Source: Thermoleophilia bacterium
GTDB taxonomy: Bacteria; Actinomycetota; Thermoleophilia; Miltoncostaeales; Miltoncostaeaceae
DNA: 64,000 nt
Reading direction: 5' to 3'
NCBI GenBank assembly: GCA_017853415.1
Contig: JAFMJQ010000001.1
Coordinates: forward strand, 12,924 to 76,923
Below are positions 62,611-64,000 of this stretch, piece by piece (the first letter of the stretch is position 1; each line of letters starts with the position of its first letter). The notes under the pieces were generated by a model. It saw only the letters and a program-made list of their open reading frames with translations, was not told the DNA's origin and ran no database searches. Both the position numbers and the translations under genes were made by a program.

Positions 62611-63164
62611 CCGGCGGCGGCCGGGGGGCCGCCACGCTCACGGGCGCGATCTGCGCAATCGCCGTGCTCATGTACGCATCGCACGTGCCGCGCGACCGGG
62701 TCACGCTGCTCGGCACCCCCGAGGCCACCGGGCAGTCCGCCGTGGCCGCGCACGCGCCACGGGGTGCGGCCGCAGCACGCCCCGCCACCCCCGCAGACGA
62801 GGCCGCAACGCAGGTGGACCTCTCGGTGGTGGTGTGGCCGCGCGGCCCCGGCAGGGGCCGGGTTGCGTGGTCTGTCACCTGCCCCCCGATGACGTCGGCC
62901 TGCAGGACGGCCGCCAGGCGGTGGGCGACCCTGGCGAGCGAGGGCGGCGGCCCCTGCCGCCCCATGCGCTCACGCCTGCCCGAGGCCATGGTTACGGGCT
63001 ACGTGAACGGGCGCCACGTGGCCGCCTGGGTGGACCAGCGCGATGGATGCGGCTTCATGCGGTGGACGTCACTCGCGGCCCTCCTGAAGCGCCCGGTGAG
63101 CGCCCAGAGCACCTCGAGGGCCCCCGTGCCGGCACCCGCGGTGCCCGTGCGAAACCCCGCTTAA
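62607..63164 (+). CDS. Membrane-anchored protein with SSI (subtilisin-inhibitor)-like four-Cys pattern, tentative
   Basis: In-frame ATG at 62607 of ORF 62145..63164 (ATGA overlap with the upstream stop). TM LTGAICAIAVLMY. WSVTCPP..SACRTA..GPCRPM..VTGYVNGRHV..DGC parallels SSI's LTCAP..SACADL..MCPMV..VDGVWQGKRV..NEC. Confidence 0.35.
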   Translation: MTGGGRGAATLTGAICAIAVLMYASHVPRDRVTLLGTPEATGQSAVAAHAPRGAAAARPATPADEAATQVDLSVVVWPRGPGRGRVAWSVTCPPMTSACRTAARRWATLASEGGGPCRPMRSRLPEAMVTGYVNGRHVAAWVDQRDGCGFMRWTSLAALLKRPVSAQSTSRAPVPAPAVPVRNPA

Positions 63165-63254
63165 CCTGTCGGAACCTGCCCTTCGCGTGCTCTGGGAGGT
63201 CGTGCGGAACGCTGACCTATCCCTTCGGGGGGGCACTACCCCTACCTTCGGGGC

Positions 63255-63785
63255 ATGGCCTCCTGCACCCCGGCTCCACCACCCCTGGCAGCGATTGTCC
63301 GCGAGGCGACGGCTCTGGTGAGCACCCGCATCGCTCCCATCGCCGCGCCCGATGCCTGCCTGGCACCGGACATTCCCGCAGGCGCGGGCATGGCCACGCC
63401 GGGCGCCGTCTGGTTCTCGACCGACGACGCCGCGCAGTTCGCGCGGCCCCCACGGCAGTGGGCACCCGACCGGCATGTGTCGGTGCTGCACGAGGTGCTT
63501 CACCAGGTGGGCATGGAGCGCGGGCTCGAGGGCGGCGATGACATGGCCACCGAAGAGGGCTCGGTGGAGGCCGTGGCGCACGACCTCAAGACGCCGTGGC
63601 TGAAGAGGGTGATGGGGCGCGACCACCCCGTGCGCGTCGCCTACCCGCAGTGGGTGGCGTCGGTGCGCCAGGCGAGCGCGGCCTCGACGGGAACCCCCTG
63701 GACGTCGGCGGCGGCCCGCGCCTGGCGGGTGCAGCTGCTGGCCACGCCGCCCCCCGAGCGCCAGCTCGGGGCCTCCGCCCCGTAG
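63255..63785 (+). CDS. Hypothetical protein with HExxH motif (HEVLHQ)
   Basis: ORF 63255..63785. VSVLHEVLHQVGMERGLEGGDDMATEEGSVEAVAHD suggests a zincin-like site. No family recognised. Confidence 0.35.
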   Translation: MASCTPAPPPLAAIVREATALVSTRIAPIAAPDACLAPDIPAGAGMATPGAVWFSTDDAAQFARPPRQWAPDRHVSVLHEVLHQVGMERGLEGGDDMATEEGSVEAVAHDLKTPWLKRVMGRDHPVRVAYPQWVASVRQASAASTGTPWTSAAARAWRVQLLATPPPERQLGASAP

Positions 63786-63788
63786 GGA

Positions 63789-63823
63789 GGCCCCGGGGGC
63801 GCGCAGGGTGCGCCCCCGGGGCC
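63789..63823. terminator. Perfect 14-bp GC hairpin between convergent genes (bidirectional terminator-like)
   Basis: GGCCCCGGGGGCGC (63789-63802), loop GCAGGGT, GCGCCCCCGGGGCC (63810-63823). Lies 4 nt after the plus-strand stop and 14 nt after the minus-strand stop. Confidence 0.5.
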
Positions 63824-63837
63824 ATCATCACCGGATC

Positions 63838-64000
63838 TACCCGGTGACCGGGGTGGCAGGCCGCCTGGCCGCCACGATGGTGGTGCAGGCCCGGCTCCGC
63901 ACCTGGCCGAGACCCGTGGCCGTGACCAGCGCGACATTGCACTTGCGTCCGCTGGCCGTGCGACGGGTCATGAACCTGATGACCTTCGAGACCGACTGCC
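63838..64000 (-). CDS. 3' end of a minus-strand gene continuing beyond the right edge (hypothetical; ends ...TPVTG)
   Basis: My translation of the minus strand: ...QSVSKVIRFMTRRTASGRKCNVALVTATGLGQVRSRACTTIVAARRPATPVTG*, stop at 63838-63840. Not in the ORF track because there is no in-window start. The C-terminus resembles that of the DUF11 protein at 40552. Confidence 0.35.

Noticed and set aside
1-64000. Scan for CRISPR arrays, tRNA/rRNA genes, transposases, integrases, phage genes, toxin-antitoxin pairs and known defence-system genes.
   Set aside because: I noticed no regularly spaced direct repeats, T-loop (GGTTCGAATCC-like) boxes, DDE or tyrosine-recombinase motifs, or defence-type ATPase/nuclease pairs. 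All gaps over 150 bp (1397-1580, 21321-21594, 47705-47934, 58385-58699) were read on both strands and are discussed in the findings.

Overview
Very GC-rich (about 70% by eye, not computed) actinobacterial-type chromosomal segment. It is densely packed with about 70 protein genes. I saw no rRNA, tRNA, CRISPR array, transposase or integrase. Many long ORFs in the track are antisense or alternate-frame artefacts of the GC content. I called genes by recognisable motifs and by the frequent 4-nt ATGA/GTGA stop-start overlaps.

The backbone is housekeeping synteny familiar from Mycobacterium and other Actinomycetota: mraZ-rsmH at the left edge, a transaldolase/FSA-family gene followed by glpX, lysA-hom-thrC-thrB, and a 13-kb co-directional string infC-rpmI-rplT-trmH-pheS-pheT-argC-argJ-[three inserted genes]-argB-argD.

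Accessory content includes:
- a translationally coupled Tad/Flp pilus operon with unusual accessory genes (DUF192 protein, pseudo-receiver OmpR-type regulator, Cys-rich orphan);
- a 990-aa secreted DUF11-repeat protein followed by SIS and PIG-L genes;
- a CDF transporter with three tandem cytoplasmic domains;
- a CBS protein plus P2-type ATPase behind a 315-nt structured leader;
- several orphan solute-binding lipoproteins and two protease-inhibitor-like proteins.

The stand-out is one uninterrupted 1099-codon gene (47935..51234). It fuses 2-oxoacid dehydrogenase E1-alpha, E1-beta, a lipoyl domain and a FabH-type KAS III with an intact Cys-His-Asn triad. A condensing enzyme sits where the E2 acyltransferase core would normally be. 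I cannot place this architecture in any characterised system from memory.

All functional calls are from motif recognition by eye. No database search was possible.
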